The notes below the pieces were generated by a model. The model ran no database searches. It had not been told where the DNA came from and worked only from the letters and a program-made list of their open reading frames with translations. A stretch of DNA of 64,000 nt from Nitrospinota bacterium (GTDB lineage Bacteria; Nitrospinota; Nitrospinia; Nitrospinales; VA-1). Position 1 is the stretch's first letter; each line of letters begins with the position of its first letter. Location of the stretch: contig JAYNIA010000005.1 in the NCBI GenBank assembly GCA_038108555.1, positions 25,071 through 89,070 of the forward strand, read 5' to 3'. Below, piece by piece: positions 46,323 through 55,750 of this stretch. Made by a program: the position numbers and the translations under genes.

Positions 46323-46394
46323 AGCCCACGATCGGGATTGAACCGATGACCTCTTCCTTACCAAGGAAGTGCTCCACCACTGAGCTACGTGGGC
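46323..46394 (-). tRNA. tRNA-Thr(GGT)
   Basis: GCCCACG...CGTGGGC acceptor stem, anticodon loop TTGGTAA, T-loop TTCAATC; 3' CCA not encoded. Confidence 0.96.
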
Positions 46395-46426
46395 ACAAAA
46401 AAAGCTCATTTACCTTCACCAAAAGG

Positions 46427-46503
46427 TGGAGCGGGAAACGGGACTCGAACCCGCGACCCTCAGCTTGGAAGGCTGACGCTCTAGCCAACTGAGCTATTCC
46501 CGC
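46427..46503 (-). tRNA. tRNA-Gly(TCC)
   Basis: GCGGGAA...TTCCCGC acceptor stem, anticodon loop CTTCCAA, encoded 3' CCA. Confidence 0.97.
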
Positions 46504-46530
46504 AAGTTCAACCAACCTTAAAATTCAGGA

Positions 46531-46612
46531 TGGGGAGGGGAGGATTCGAACCTCCGAAGGCTGAGCCGACAGATTTACAGTCTGTTCCCTTTGGCCACTC
46601 GGGAACCTCCCC
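46531..46612 (-). tRNA. tRNA-Tyr(GTA)
   Basis: GGGGAGG...CCTCCCC acceptor stem, anticodon loop CTGTAAA, long variable arm; 3' CCA not encoded. Confidence 0.96.
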
Positions 46613-46713
46613 GAAATTTTGGGAAAAAAACACGACTTTCCAAAGTCGGTAACACCCAACCCAAACCTCCAACGCAAAGCGCCAGAATCCTTTTTAAACC
46701 AATTAGTTAAAAC

Positions 46714-46789
46714 TGGAGCTGGCAAAGGGACTCGAACCCCCGACCTGCTGATTACAAATCAGCTGCTCTACCAACTGAGCTATGCCAGC
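46714..46789 (-). tRNA. tRNA-Thr(TGT)
   Basis: GCTGGCA...TGCCAGC acceptor stem, anticodon loop TTTGTAA, encoded 3' CCA. Confidence 0.97.
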
Positions 46790-46987
46790 TCAGCAAATAA
46801 AAAACCCCCACTTTACACTTTGACTCACAAAGTTGCAACAAAAATTGGAGGTTTTAGGCTATAAATTTTCGATTTAACAGGATATTTTGCTTCGAAAGGG
46901 TGATACGGTGGTAACCAAAAAACGACCCACGGTTTCTTTCCCAGAAAAAAAGCCCCTTATATAAAACTATACAAAACTAAGTTGGGG

Positions 46988-46996
46988 ATTGTAGCA
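46988..46996 (-). promoter_or_regulatory. possible extended -10 promoter for the tRNA cluster and superoperon
   Basis: Minus strand TGcTACAAT preceded by T/A tracts; no good -35. Confidence 0.35.
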
Positions 46997-47152
46997 TAAA
47001 ATTTTCAAAAAAAAAATGTTTTTAGCAAATTCTTTTCAACAAAATCTAAATTGATTTTTCTGGGGAATCCAGAGCGGCTGATATTTCGTTCCGCATTTAA
47101 ATTGTGAAAATCAAAGGCTTAGCAGGGGATGGGCCAAAACCAGGGCTTTTAA

Positions 47153-47605
47153 CTAACGGCGTCTTTTCTTTTTTCGGTTTCTTTTTGACATTTTCTTTTT
47201 TTTGCCAGACTGCTTTTCCATGGCCTTGGCGAGCTTGAACTTTGTTTTACAAAACTTTGCGGTGTATTTAAAATTGTAATAGTCTACCGAATTCTGCGCA
47301 TCCTGAAATGAAACGATATAAGGGACGATTAAAGGTGAGGATAATAAATAAATCCAAGCCTTATCCTTTTCACCAGTATACCATTGCCCGCCACCGGGGA
47401 TCATCGAATAAAGAAACGCAATATCACGGTCAAAGTATTGATATTCCTTGTCGCAACCGGCCTCAATCAGTTGCTCCATTTCCTTTTCCATTTTCGGTGT
47501 GATTCTTTTGAATCCCATAGGCGAACCCCCTCCCCCCTTCAGCCAACAACCTGAAAGAAAAAAGAGAATGCCCACGATTCCTATGAACCTGAATAACCCT
47601 GGCAT
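47153..47605 (-). CDS. hypothetical lipoprotein with a membrane hairpin and basic C-terminal tail
   Basis: Lipobox LSGC; central SMIPGGGQWYTGE plus hydrophobic stretch; GGGAG upstream. Confidence 0.8.
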   Translation of the reverse strand: MPGLFRFIGIVGILFFLSGCWLKGGGGSPMGFKRITPKMEKEMEQLIEAGCDKEYQYFDRDIAFLYSMIPGGGQWYTGEKDKAWIYLLSSPLIVPYIVSFQDAQNSVDYYNFKYTAKFCKTKFKLAKAMEKQSGKKKKMSKRNRKKKRRR

Positions 47606-47642
47606 AAGACTCCCAACAATATAAGGCTTTTTATTTCAATAA

Positions 47643-47671
47643 ATTATAAGGAATTCGAACGGAAACGTCAA
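47643..47671 (-). promoter_or_regulatory. putative sigma70 promoter for the lipoprotein gene
   Basis: Minus strand TTGACG-17 nt-TATAAT, 37 nt upstream of the ATG. Confidence 0.7.
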
Positions 47672-47739
47672 TGCCCCTGTTTTGATTCAGGGTTATCGGA
47701 AATCAGGGATAAATCCGGAAAACATCAACTGGAGGAGTT

Positions 47740-48930
47740 TTAATATTTTCCGCCGACCATATAAAAATCCACACCCTTTCTTAGAGGCTCGAAGGGAATA
47801 TCCTGCCAGTCCCCTCTGAAATCGGGTGAAATTTTAAATCCGATAAGGTCGGCTTTTTGCCCGGGTTCAATTTTCCCACAGGGAAATTTTAAAATCTCCG
47901 CTCCATTTAGCGTTGCCATCCTTAAAATTTCTTTGCGGCTGACATCGGGCAATAGTTTATCCGCCGTTCTTATTTCATCGAGAAAGCTTAAAGAATCATT
48001 GCTTGCCATGGAATCGGTCCCAAGAGCTACGGGAATTCCAACATCCAACATTTTTCTAACCGGAAGAATTTTGGAACGACCAAACCATTGAGTGCTTTTC
48101 GGACAATACACCGCTGCCCCTACTGAATTAAAATCATCATCAACATAGTTGCAATGGACGGCAATCATTTCATGGATCGCACCCAGGGATTTTAAATATT
48201 GGACAGGACTGGTCTCTGGCGGATGCCAACTTTCATCGAAAGCTTCGCGTTCTTTTAAAAGATCAATTAAAGGTCCTTCTCCCTTTTTTAAAAATTGAAC
48301 CTCTTCAAAGGTTTCAGCCAAATGAGTTGAAACCAGGCATCCATATTTTTTCGACAACTCGTACAGTTTGCGAAACAATTTTCCAGAAACTGAATAGGGT
48401 GCATGGGGAGCAATGCCCACCTTCCATTTCTCGCCCTGTACCTTTAAAGCTTCCTCCATTTCACATGCAAGTTCTTCGGCTCTCTTTTCTGGAAAACCAA
48501 TGACCTCTTTAAACAATATGCTACGGAAACCCAAACCACCCATGGGTTCTAATAAAGATGAATCGGCCACATAGTCCGCAAGACCGGTGACTCCGGAACA
48601 TTTCATTTCATTTGCGCCTTTATGAATACCCCGAATCCTTTCTTCATCTGTTAAAGCGGAATTGACTGGAATCAGATCGCGGATCCAACCGGCAAAACTG
48701 TTGGAAGGGGTCAGCTTGTTTGCCAGGGCGGTTAATCCCAGATGACTGTGCGCATTGATGAAGCCGGGCATCAGGAGTTGATCGGAAAGATCCAAAGTTT
48801 CTTCGGTTTTTCTTTCTGATACTCGAGAACAAACTTCAAGAATATTTCCATCCTCCAAAATCAGTTCACCGTTTTCTATTGGCTCACCACAAATGGAAAG
48901 CAACGCCCGGAATTTGATTTTTAAAACCAT
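47740..48930 (-). CDS. metal-dependent amidohydrolase (nucleoside deaminase-like)
   Basis: PGFINAHSHL (HxH), PHAPYS, HLAET..E, VHC, LGTDSMASN, MATLNGA, ADL. Confidence 0.88.
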   Translation of the reverse strand: MVLKIKFRALLSICGEPIENGELILEDGNILEVCSRVSERKTEETLDLSDQLLMPGFINAHSHLGLTALANKLTPSNSFAGWIRDLIPVNSALTDEERIRGIHKGANEMKCSGVTGLADYVADSSLLEPMGGLGFRSILFKEVIGFPEKRAEELACEMEEALKVQGEKWKVGIAPHAPYSVSGKLFRKLYELSKKYGCLVSTHLAETFEEVQFLKKGEGPLIDLLKEREAFDESWHPPETSPVQYLKSLGAIHEMIAVHCNYVDDDFNSVGAAVYCPKSTQWFGRSKILPVRKMLDVGIPVALGTDSMASNDSLSFLDEIRTADKLLPDVSRKEILRMATLNGAEILKFPCGKIEPGQKADLIGFKISPDFRGDWQDIPFEPLRKGVDFYMVGGKY

Positions 48931-48993
48931 CTTGGAATCAAACCTTTAAAAAAAAGCCTTGCGTGAAACTGCTGATACAAGGGAAATGGAATA

Positions 48994-49452
48994 CTAAAAA
49001 TAGGTAGTTGCACGGTATTGTTGGTAGGCATTACCCAGTTGCTGCAAAAGTTCCTTTTCCTCTGCCCTAGCACGGAAAATATTCAAGGGAATAACAATGA
49101 TAAATACATAAACAAGGCAAGGGATGGAACCACAGGCTAAAAACAATCCAACCAGGGTCAGAACAATTCCCACATAAATTGGATGGCGCATATACCGATA
49201 AATCCCTCGAGTCACCAACTTATCTGTTCCGGGTAAAACCGCCAGCGAAGGTCCCAAAGTAAACATGGAAAGAATCCATATAATCACCCCAATACCACCG
49301 ACCGTCAGTCCCGCGTAAACCAACTCGTCGAAACCAAAGCCAAAGTTTTTGGGACCAAAATACGCCAACAGCAAAGGCAACAAGTAAAGGGAAGGAACCA
49401 GAATGTTTAATAGAAACCGCTGATTTGAACTGAGATTATTTATTTTAATCAT
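48994..49452 (-). CDS. isoprenylcysteine carboxylmethyltransferase (ICMT/PEMT) family membrane protein
   Basis: LVTRGIYRYMRHPIY, RAEEKELL..LG.AY..YR; several hydrophobic helices. Confidence 0.88.
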   Translation of the reverse strand: MIKINNLSSNQRFLLNILVPSLYLLPLLLAYFGPKNFGFGFDELVYAGLTVGGIGVIIWILSMFTLGPSLAVLPGTDKLVTRGIYRYMRHPIYVGIVLTLVGLFLACGSIPCLVYVFIIVIPLNIFRARAEEKELLQQLGNAYQQYRATTYF

Positions 49453-49633
49453 CGGACAAAAGAATTCAAAAATCTTTCAGAGAAGATTAATTCGTAAAAA
49501 CCCAACCAATAAATCAACCTTAAATTTAGGTCTAATAGTTTTTGAATTATTCTCCTCCCGGGCGAGGCCCCTTAACAGGGGTCGTAGTTTACAAAATTTC
49601 TTAATCCGACAAATCCTGTCCTGGCACAACGGG

Positions 49634-50719
49634 CTATTTCTTGCTGCCCCCACGGCTAGTGGTGGTAATTTGTTTGTTAAAAATTTCGCGACCCTCCAGA
49701 ATTTCCAAATCAATCACAACTTTGTAAAACGGCAATGTAAAATTCATATCCTTTAATTTCACAGCATCTTTTTCTGAAACGAGAATAAACTTCGCTCCCT
49801 CCTGCAAAGCTTTAGACTCCAATTGTTTGATATCATTCAAAGTGTAATCATGATGGTCGGGAAAGGCTTTGAATATTTTCAGTTGAACCTGAGTGTCCTG
49901 TAAAATTTTTCGGAATCCTTCCGGATTGGCAATACCACAAAAGGCAACAACCGGCTGGTTTTTTAGAATTTCAACATCGCACACCTCCCCATTCTCCATA
50001 TTTATCAACGAATCGAGCCTAAGGTGAGTTTTGATTTGAGGAATAGTGCCTAGATACTTTTGGGGGAATTTTATAGGCCCGCCAAAATAGCGGGTGAAAC
50101 AAACCATATCCGCCCTTCTTGTTTCACTGGGAGGTTCCCGCAGTTCCCCTGCAGGAAATAAGTGATTATTGCCTAAGGGCCTTTGATGATCACATAACAG
50201 AATATCGAGATCCCTTCTTAAGGCGAGATGCTGGAAACCATCATCCAGAATCAAAGTGTCGACTTCATAATTTTCCAAAGCGTATCTTCCTGTTTGAAAC
50301 CGGTCGGAACCTGTAAGAATGGGAACGTTTTTTAATTTCTCTGCCATCATCACCGCCTCATCTCCAACACGATCGGGTGACAACAAAAGAGATTTACCAT
50401 CACAAACCACATTTACAGGTTTTTTAGATTTTCCTCCATATCCTCTTGTCAATATCGCTGGCTTAAACCCATTTCCTCTCAAGGTTTCAGCAATCATCAT
50501 AACGAAGGGGGTCTTGCCCGTTCCCCCAAGGGTTAGATTGCCGACACTGATCACTCTACAATCCAGGCTTCGGCGCGGAAAAATTCCCCAGCGATAAGCC
50601 CACAATCGGAAATGATGTCCCAGCAAATAAAAAAAGGAAATAAATCTCAAAAACCAAAAAAAAGGAGACCAATACCATTTCCGGTTTGGAGATATGATTT
50701 TGTAAAATAATTCTGACAT
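49634..50719 (-). CDS. lpxK: tetraacyldisaccharide (lipid A) 4'-kinase
   Basis: VISVGNLTLGGTGKTP, TRGYG, GDE, LDDGFQH, PAGELRE, FPDHH, EKDAVK. Confidence 0.96.
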   Translation of the reverse strand: MSELFYKIISPNRKWYWSPFFWFLRFISFFYLLGHHFRLWAYRWGIFPRRSLDCRVISVGNLTLGGTGKTPFVMMIAETLRGNGFKPAILTRGYGGKSKKPVNVVCDGKSLLLSPDRVGDEAVMMAEKLKNVPILTGSDRFQTGRYALENYEVDTLILDDGFQHLALRRDLDILLCDHQRPLGNNHLFPAGELREPPSETRRADMVCFTRYFGGPIKFPQKYLGTIPQIKTHLRLDSLINMENGEVCDVEILKNQPVVAFCGIANPEGFRKILQDTQVQLKIFKAFPDHHDYTLNDIKQLESKALQEGAKFILVSEKDAVKLKDMNFTLPFYKVVIDLEILEGREIFNKQITTTSRGGSKK

Positions 50720-50765
50720 TTTTATCGATATTTTTTGAAGCTATATAGGAGTATACTCTTAGCAT

Positions 50766-52028
50766 ATGGATTTTTTGTACTATATTTTATTAGTCATCCT
50801 GATGCTTGTCGCCTCTCCCTACCTGCTCTTGAGAAGCCTGGTTTCCTCGAGCTTTAGAAAAGAGATTCAGGACAGGTTAAACAGTGCAAATACTCTTCCG
50901 AATTTAAATGACAGTTTATGGATACACGCCTGCTCAGTAGGGGAGGTGCGATTAGCAAAAACCCTCATCCACTTTTTGCAGGAAAAGGGGGAAACGCGCC
51001 CTATTGTTTTGTCAACTTTCACTTCGTCAGGACATGCGATAGCCCTGGAAGAAAACCTTCCCCATGTTTTTAAATTGCCAATCGACTTTCCTTTATGGGT
51101 AAACCCGGTATTTGACAAGATCAATCCTTCGCAACTCATACTGATTGAAGCCGAATTATGGCCTTGCTTAATAAGACAATGCGTGAAGAGGAAAATCCCT
51201 GTTTTGCAGGTTAATGGAAGAATCACTGAAAGATCTTTTAATCGATACAAGAAAATTAAAAATTTCTTTTTATGGATGACAGAAGGTGTTACCGAGTTTT
51301 CCGTACGTACGCAATTGGATGCAGACTATTTATTTAAATTGGGAGTGCCGGAAGAAAAAATTACCATCACCGGAAACATTAAATTCGATGTCCTGCCCAC
51401 AGGAATTGATGTTTTGGATTCGGCTGTGTTTGATCCCAGTTCTTTTCTAATCGTTTTTGGATCGACCCGACCGGGAGATGAAGGCCCCATAATGGAGGCT
51501 TACTTAAAATTAAAAAAAGATTTTCCCAATCTCATCTGCGTCATCGCACCGCGACATATGCAACGCTGCCAGGAAGTGGAAGATCTTATCCGTGAGTTTA
51601 ATACGGATTACACTTTATTTTCGAAAATGGAAGAGCGGGATTGGGTGAATCATCCCGGGTCCTTAATCCTGTTAGACAAAATGGGAGTTTTAAACAGTTT
51701 TTACGCCAATGCCAAAATTGCTTATGTTGGTGGTGGGTTCAATCCACGATTTGGGGGCCAGAATATTCTTGAACCGGCAGCCTTTGACGTACCAGTTATA
51801 TTTGGAAAACATATGAACAATTTTGAAGAAGAAGCAAAGTTACTTATTGATTCGGGAGGGGGCATTCAATTACAAAAAGAAGAGGACCTCTATCCCACCC
51901 TAAAACATTTACTCTTAAACTCGGAAGACCGACAAAAAGCCGGTCGTGCAGCGGCGGAAACCGTTCGCAATCATAGGGGAGCTGTCCTCCGTACCCTGAA
52001 AATTATCGCAGAAACACGCCCCTCCTAA
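50766..52028 (+). CDS. waaA: 3-deoxy-D-manno-octulosonic acid transferase, copy 1 (canonical motifs)
   Basis: WIHACSVGEV, IEAELWP, NGRI, TGNIKFD, GST, APRH, GGQNILEPA. Confidence 0.92.
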   Translation: MDFLYYILLVILMLVASPYLLLRSLVSSSFRKEIQDRLNSANTLPNLNDSLWIHACSVGEVRLAKTLIHFLQEKGETRPIVLSTFTSSGHAIALEENLPHVFKLPIDFPLWVNPVFDKINPSQLILIEAELWPCLIRQCVKRKIPVLQVNGRITERSFNRYKKIKNFFLWMTEGVTEFSVRTQLDADYLFKLGVPEEKITITGNIKFDVLPTGIDVLDSAVFDPSSFLIVFGSTRPGDEGPIMEAYLKLKKDFPNLICVIAPRHMQRCQEVEDLIREFNTDYTLFSKMEERDWVNHPGSLILLDKMGVLNSFYANAKIAYVGGGFNPRFGGQNILEPAAFDVPVIFGKHMNNFEEEAKLLIDSGGGIQLQKEEDLYPTLKHLLLNSEDRQKAGRAAAETVRNHRGAVLRTLKIIAETRPS

Positions 52029-52046
52029 AATCTGGTTTCAGGTGAA

Positions 52047-53321
52047 ATGACCTTCTTTTACCACATCCTTTCTTTGCCGGTGGCTTTTTTACTCATTCCC
52101 CTATTCACCGCACTTTCCCTTTTTTCGAAAAATAAATTTAAACTTTTACATCACCATTTTGGCTTCACCCCAAAAATAAAAAAGGATGATGGCAAAGCTC
52201 TCTGGTTCTATGCACTTTCCCTGGGAGAAGTAAAAGCAGCATTACCCGTTCTAAGCATTATTCGTGAAAAAAATCCTGATCTGAAAATCGCGGTATCGGT
52301 AACTACCGATTCAGGTTATGAAGGGGCGATGGAACACCTAAAAATGGCAGATCAAATCTTTTTTCATCCCTTAGATTGTCTCCCTTTCACCCGATTGGCT
52401 CTTAGAAGAATTAATCCCGATATATATGTGGTGACGGATACCGGATTCTGGCCCGGTTTGATCGATCAATTGCATCAAAAAAATATTCCAAAGATTTTAC
52501 TTAATGGCCGCATTTCACAAGCGTCCGCCAGAGGTTATTTGAAAGCCGGGTCCCTTTTTAAAACCATGTTCCAGCAATTCGACCGACTCTGCATGCAAAA
52601 TGAGAGCAGTCGAAAAGCAATTGCAGAAATGGGAGTAAATCCTCAAAGTATAGAGGTTACCGGAGACACAAAATTCGATGCTTTGAAACCGGTGACTGAA
52701 GAGAAAAAAGATTATTGGCGAAAAGTTTTTAATTTGGAACAAAGCACCCCGGTTTGGGTGGCTGGTAGCACCCATGCCGGAGAAGAAGAAATCATCCTCA
52801 CCGCCCATGAACAATTAAAAGCCTCTTTCCCCGATCTGGTGTTGATACTTGCTCCAAGAAGGATTGAAAGAATTAAAGAGTTATCCCATTTGCTGGAATA
52901 TAAAAAAATCCCTTTCTTTTTGCGATCCAAGCTTGAAAATTCCCCTCCTGAATCCGTCATTCTCCTGGACACCCTTGGGGAGTTGGCTGAAATTTATTCT
53001 TTGGGTCAACTGGCTTTTGTCGGTCGAAGCCTGTTACCTCCAGGCGGAGGTCATAGTCTGCTGGAACCGCTTTCAAACGGGGTCGCCGTAATGCATGGTC
53101 CCCATGTAGAAAATATACGCCCGGTGGCTGAAGAGGCACACATAAACGGATTGTCTTTTACCGTTAATAATTCAAATGAAATCCGAAGAAAAGCGCAGGA
53201 GATTTTAGAGCAAAAAGAACTTGCCGGAGATTTCGCTGCAAAAGCAAAATCCTTTATTTCCAATAAAAAAGGACCTTCAGAAAAAATGGCGGAAATAGTC
53301 CTGAAAACTGTCCAGAAATAA
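52047..53321 (+). CDS. Kdo-transferase (GT30) family paralogue, copy 2 (divergent motifs)
   Basis: WFYALSLGEV, VTDTGFWP, NGRIS, TGDTKFD, AGSTH.GEE, APRR, DTLGEL, GGHSLLEP. Confidence 0.85.
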   Translation: MTFFYHILSLPVAFLLIPLFTALSLFSKNKFKLLHHHFGFTPKIKKDDGKALWFYALSLGEVKAALPVLSIIREKNPDLKIAVSVTTDSGYEGAMEHLKMADQIFFHPLDCLPFTRLALRRINPDIYVVTDTGFWPGLIDQLHQKNIPKILLNGRISQASARGYLKAGSLFKTMFQQFDRLCMQNESSRKAIAEMGVNPQSIEVTGDTKFDALKPVTEEKKDYWRKVFNLEQSTPVWVAGSTHAGEEEIILTAHEQLKASFPDLVLILAPRRIERIKELSHLLEYKKIPFFLRSKLENSPPESVILLDTLGELAEIYSLGQLAFVGRSLLPPGGGHSLLEPLSNGVAVMHGPHVENIRPVAEEAHINGLSFTVNNSNEIRRKAQEILEQKELAGDFAAKAKSFISNKKGPSEKMAEIVLKTVQK

Positions 53322-53496
53322 GATTGCCTCTACCTGCCTCCCTTAAAATCACTTTTGCCATCAAAATGTTGCGAAAAATTAACTTTATTGTTTAAAAATC
53401 CTGTTATTTGGGGACTAATATATAAGGAAAACACAACAGATAGTTTTTGCATTCAATAACGATTCTTTCTTCAGAATTTTTTAATTTAAGCTGAGT

Positions 53497-55749
53497 ATGA
53501 TTTCAAAGTTTTGGAAAAATTCGAAGCTCACCGGACAATTGGGGTTGGTTTTCATTACCCTGTTTTCTGTCATTTTGATTTTGAGTTATTTCAACTTCCG
53601 CACCCTCGAAATAACATCCCTGCATCAGAAACAAATGTCCCATTCCTTGAAACAACTCTTAATGCTAAGAAAACTGGAATCCACCATTCACAACCAGCTT
53701 CAGGAAGCATTGAAACTAATTGTTCGGGAGGATGGAAATTTTGAGGAATTTGATTCTATTACCGATAGGGTCAAGGCTGTTTTTCTTGAAGCACAATACT
53801 TTTTAAAAAATAACCCTGAATATGAAGCCGGAATAGCTTCGGAAGAATTAGCGGCTTTGCAGGAACTGGAAAAAGATTACTCAAAGCTAACCACCCAGCT
53901 TAAAAATCTTGCCAAAAACTCAGCAGCCCTACCAAACTCGGAAAAATTATCAAAGATTAATAATCTTATTGAAGAAGAATTTGATAGAAAAATTCAAGTC
54001 TTCATTTCTGAAGCAGCATTCAATGAAACAAAAGAGCTCGAAGAAATTAAAACTAGAGATGCAAAAAAAAATGAAAAAGAATTTATTATTGCATGGAGCC
54101 TCATAGGCTTGTCCCTTGCCTTTTCCTTTTTTGCATATAAAAAATTACTCTCCTCAGTAGTCTCTAAAAAGGAACTGGAAAAAATTAATCAGGCTCTGGA
54201 AAAAGAAATAATCAAAAAAGAGGACATCGAGGCCCAGGCAAAATCGGAAAGGCAAAACTTATATAATATGTTGGATTCCCTTCCCATGGCTTTCCACCTT
54301 CAAGCTCCCGATTATTCCGTACCGTTTGCCAACAAGGTTTTCCGAGAAAGGTTTGGAACCAATTTGAAAAAACCTTGTTACGACCTAATGCATGACCGCT
54401 CAACCCCTTGCGAGGTATGCACCACCTTCAAAGTTTTTGACCACAATAAAAATGAAACTGCGGTTTGGGATGCAGCAGACGGGAAAACTTATCTGACCGT
54501 TTGTACCCCGTTTAAAGATATTGATGGAAGCCCTCTGGTAATGGAAATGGCTCTGGATATTACAGAACAGGAAAAAGCGAAACGGGAAGCAGAAGCTGCG
54601 ATGGCACAAGCAAAAAAAGCAAATGAAGCAAAGTCTGAATTTCTTGCAAGAATGAGCCATGAATTACGGACCCCTCTCAACTCCATCCTGGGATTCAGCC
54701 AACTGCTTTTGATGGATCAAATGAATAGCCTGCAACCTCTTCAAAAAGAAAATGTAGATAGAATAGTAAAAGGAGGACAACATTTACTGGAACTCATCAA
54801 TGAAGTTCTGGATCTTTCTAAAATTGAATCTGGCTCTTCCCATCTTAATTCCGAAAATGTTTCTTTAAGGTATTTGACAAATGAAATCTGCGAAATTATC
54901 GAGCCCATGGCAGCTAACTACAATATCAAGGTCAAGAGCACTCTGGAAGGAAATAATGATCTTATCGTCTATGCAGACAGAATACGTTTAAAGCAGGTCC
55001 TTCTAAATTTGGCTTCCAATGCAATCAAATACAACAAGACAAACGGTGAAATATTAATTACCTGCCTGCGATTTAATGAGGACAAAATTAAGATCAGCAT
55101 CTCAGATACTGGAATAGGCATCAGTGAAAAAGATCTGGAAAGAATTTTTGAACCCTTCCAGAGGGTTCAACCCTCCGGGACGGAAATTGAAGGTACCGGA
55201 ATTGGGCTATCCATCTCAAAGCAATTGTTAAAAACCATGAGAGGAAGTATTGAAGTCGAAAGTGAACCAGGTAAAGGAAGTTGCTTCAACATTACTATTC
55301 CAGCAGCCGAAGGGGAACTCGATACTTTTAATCCAGCAAAAATTATTGAACCGGTTGTTCTTAAAAACCGTATCAAGACGGGGAAAGATTATAAAATTCT
55401 TTATATCGAAGATAATCTGGCCAATATGGAAATGGTGGGGTGTGCCTTGTTCCGACCCAACATCCAGTTTTTACAGGCACCCGACGCAAGGCTGGGCATC
55501 GATATTGCCAAGGCCCATAAACCCGATCTCATTTTGATGGATATTAATTTACCCGGCATGGATGGATATGAAGCCCTCAGGATCATCAGACAGGACCCTG
55601 ATATTGGTTGGACTCCCGTTTTTGCCATGAGTGCCAATTGCATGGAAAAAGATATTGTGAATGGGTTGGCAAACGGTTTCGATGAGTATATTCCGAAGCC
55701 TATAAAAATTCCCGAATTTGTTGAAAAGGTAGATTCAGTTTTAAAATAG
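53497..55749 (+). CDS. membrane-anchored hybrid sensor histidine kinase (TM-helical sensor-TM-PAS-HisKA-HATPase-REC)
   Basis: H-box KSEFLARMSHELRTPLN, N-box NLASNAIKYN, DTGIG, GTGIGL, receiver IEDN..LMDINLP..DG..KP. Confidence 0.95.
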   Translation: MISKFWKNSKLTGQLGLVFITLFSVILILSYFNFRTLEITSLHQKQMSHSLKQLLMLRKLESTIHNQLQEALKLIVREDGNFEEFDSITDRVKAVFLEAQYFLKNNPEYEAGIASEELAALQELEKDYSKLTTQLKNLAKNSAALPNSEKLSKINNLIEEEFDRKIQVFISEAAFNETKELEEIKTRDAKKNEKEFIIAWSLIGLSLAFSFFAYKKLLSSVVSKKELEKINQALEKEIIKKEDIEAQAKSERQNLYNMLDSLPMAFHLQAPDYSVPFANKVFRERFGTNLKKPCYDLMHDRSTPCEVCTTFKVFDHNKNETAVWDAADGKTYLTVCTPFKDIDGSPLVMEMALDITEQEKAKREAEAAMAQAKKANEAKSEFLARMSHELRTPLNSILGFSQLLLMDQMNSLQPLQKENVDRIVKGGQHLLELINEVLDLSKIESGSSHLNSENVSLRYLTNEICEIIEPMAANYNIKVKSTLEGNNDLIVYADRIRLKQVLLNLASNAIKYNKTNGEILITCLRFNEDKIKISISDTGIGISEKDLERIFEPFQRVQPSGTEIEGTGIGLSISKQLLKTMRGSIEVESEPGKGSCFNITIPAAEGELDTFNPAKIIEPVVLKNRIKTGKDYKILYIEDNLANMEMVGCALFRPNIQFLQAPDARLGIDIAKAHKPDLILMDINLPGMDGYEALRIIRQDPDIGWTPVFAMSANCMEKDIVNGLANGFDEYIPKPIKIPEFVEKVDSVLK

Positions 55750-55750
55750 A

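Noticed and set aside
45910..47150. Integrated element at the tRNA cluster
   Set aside because: No integrase, no duplicated tRNA 3' end, and the flanks are core genes.
49477..49713. 78-aa minus-strand ORF between lpxK and the ICMT gene
   Set aside because: Overlaps the lpxK 3' end out of frame; no motif or SD.
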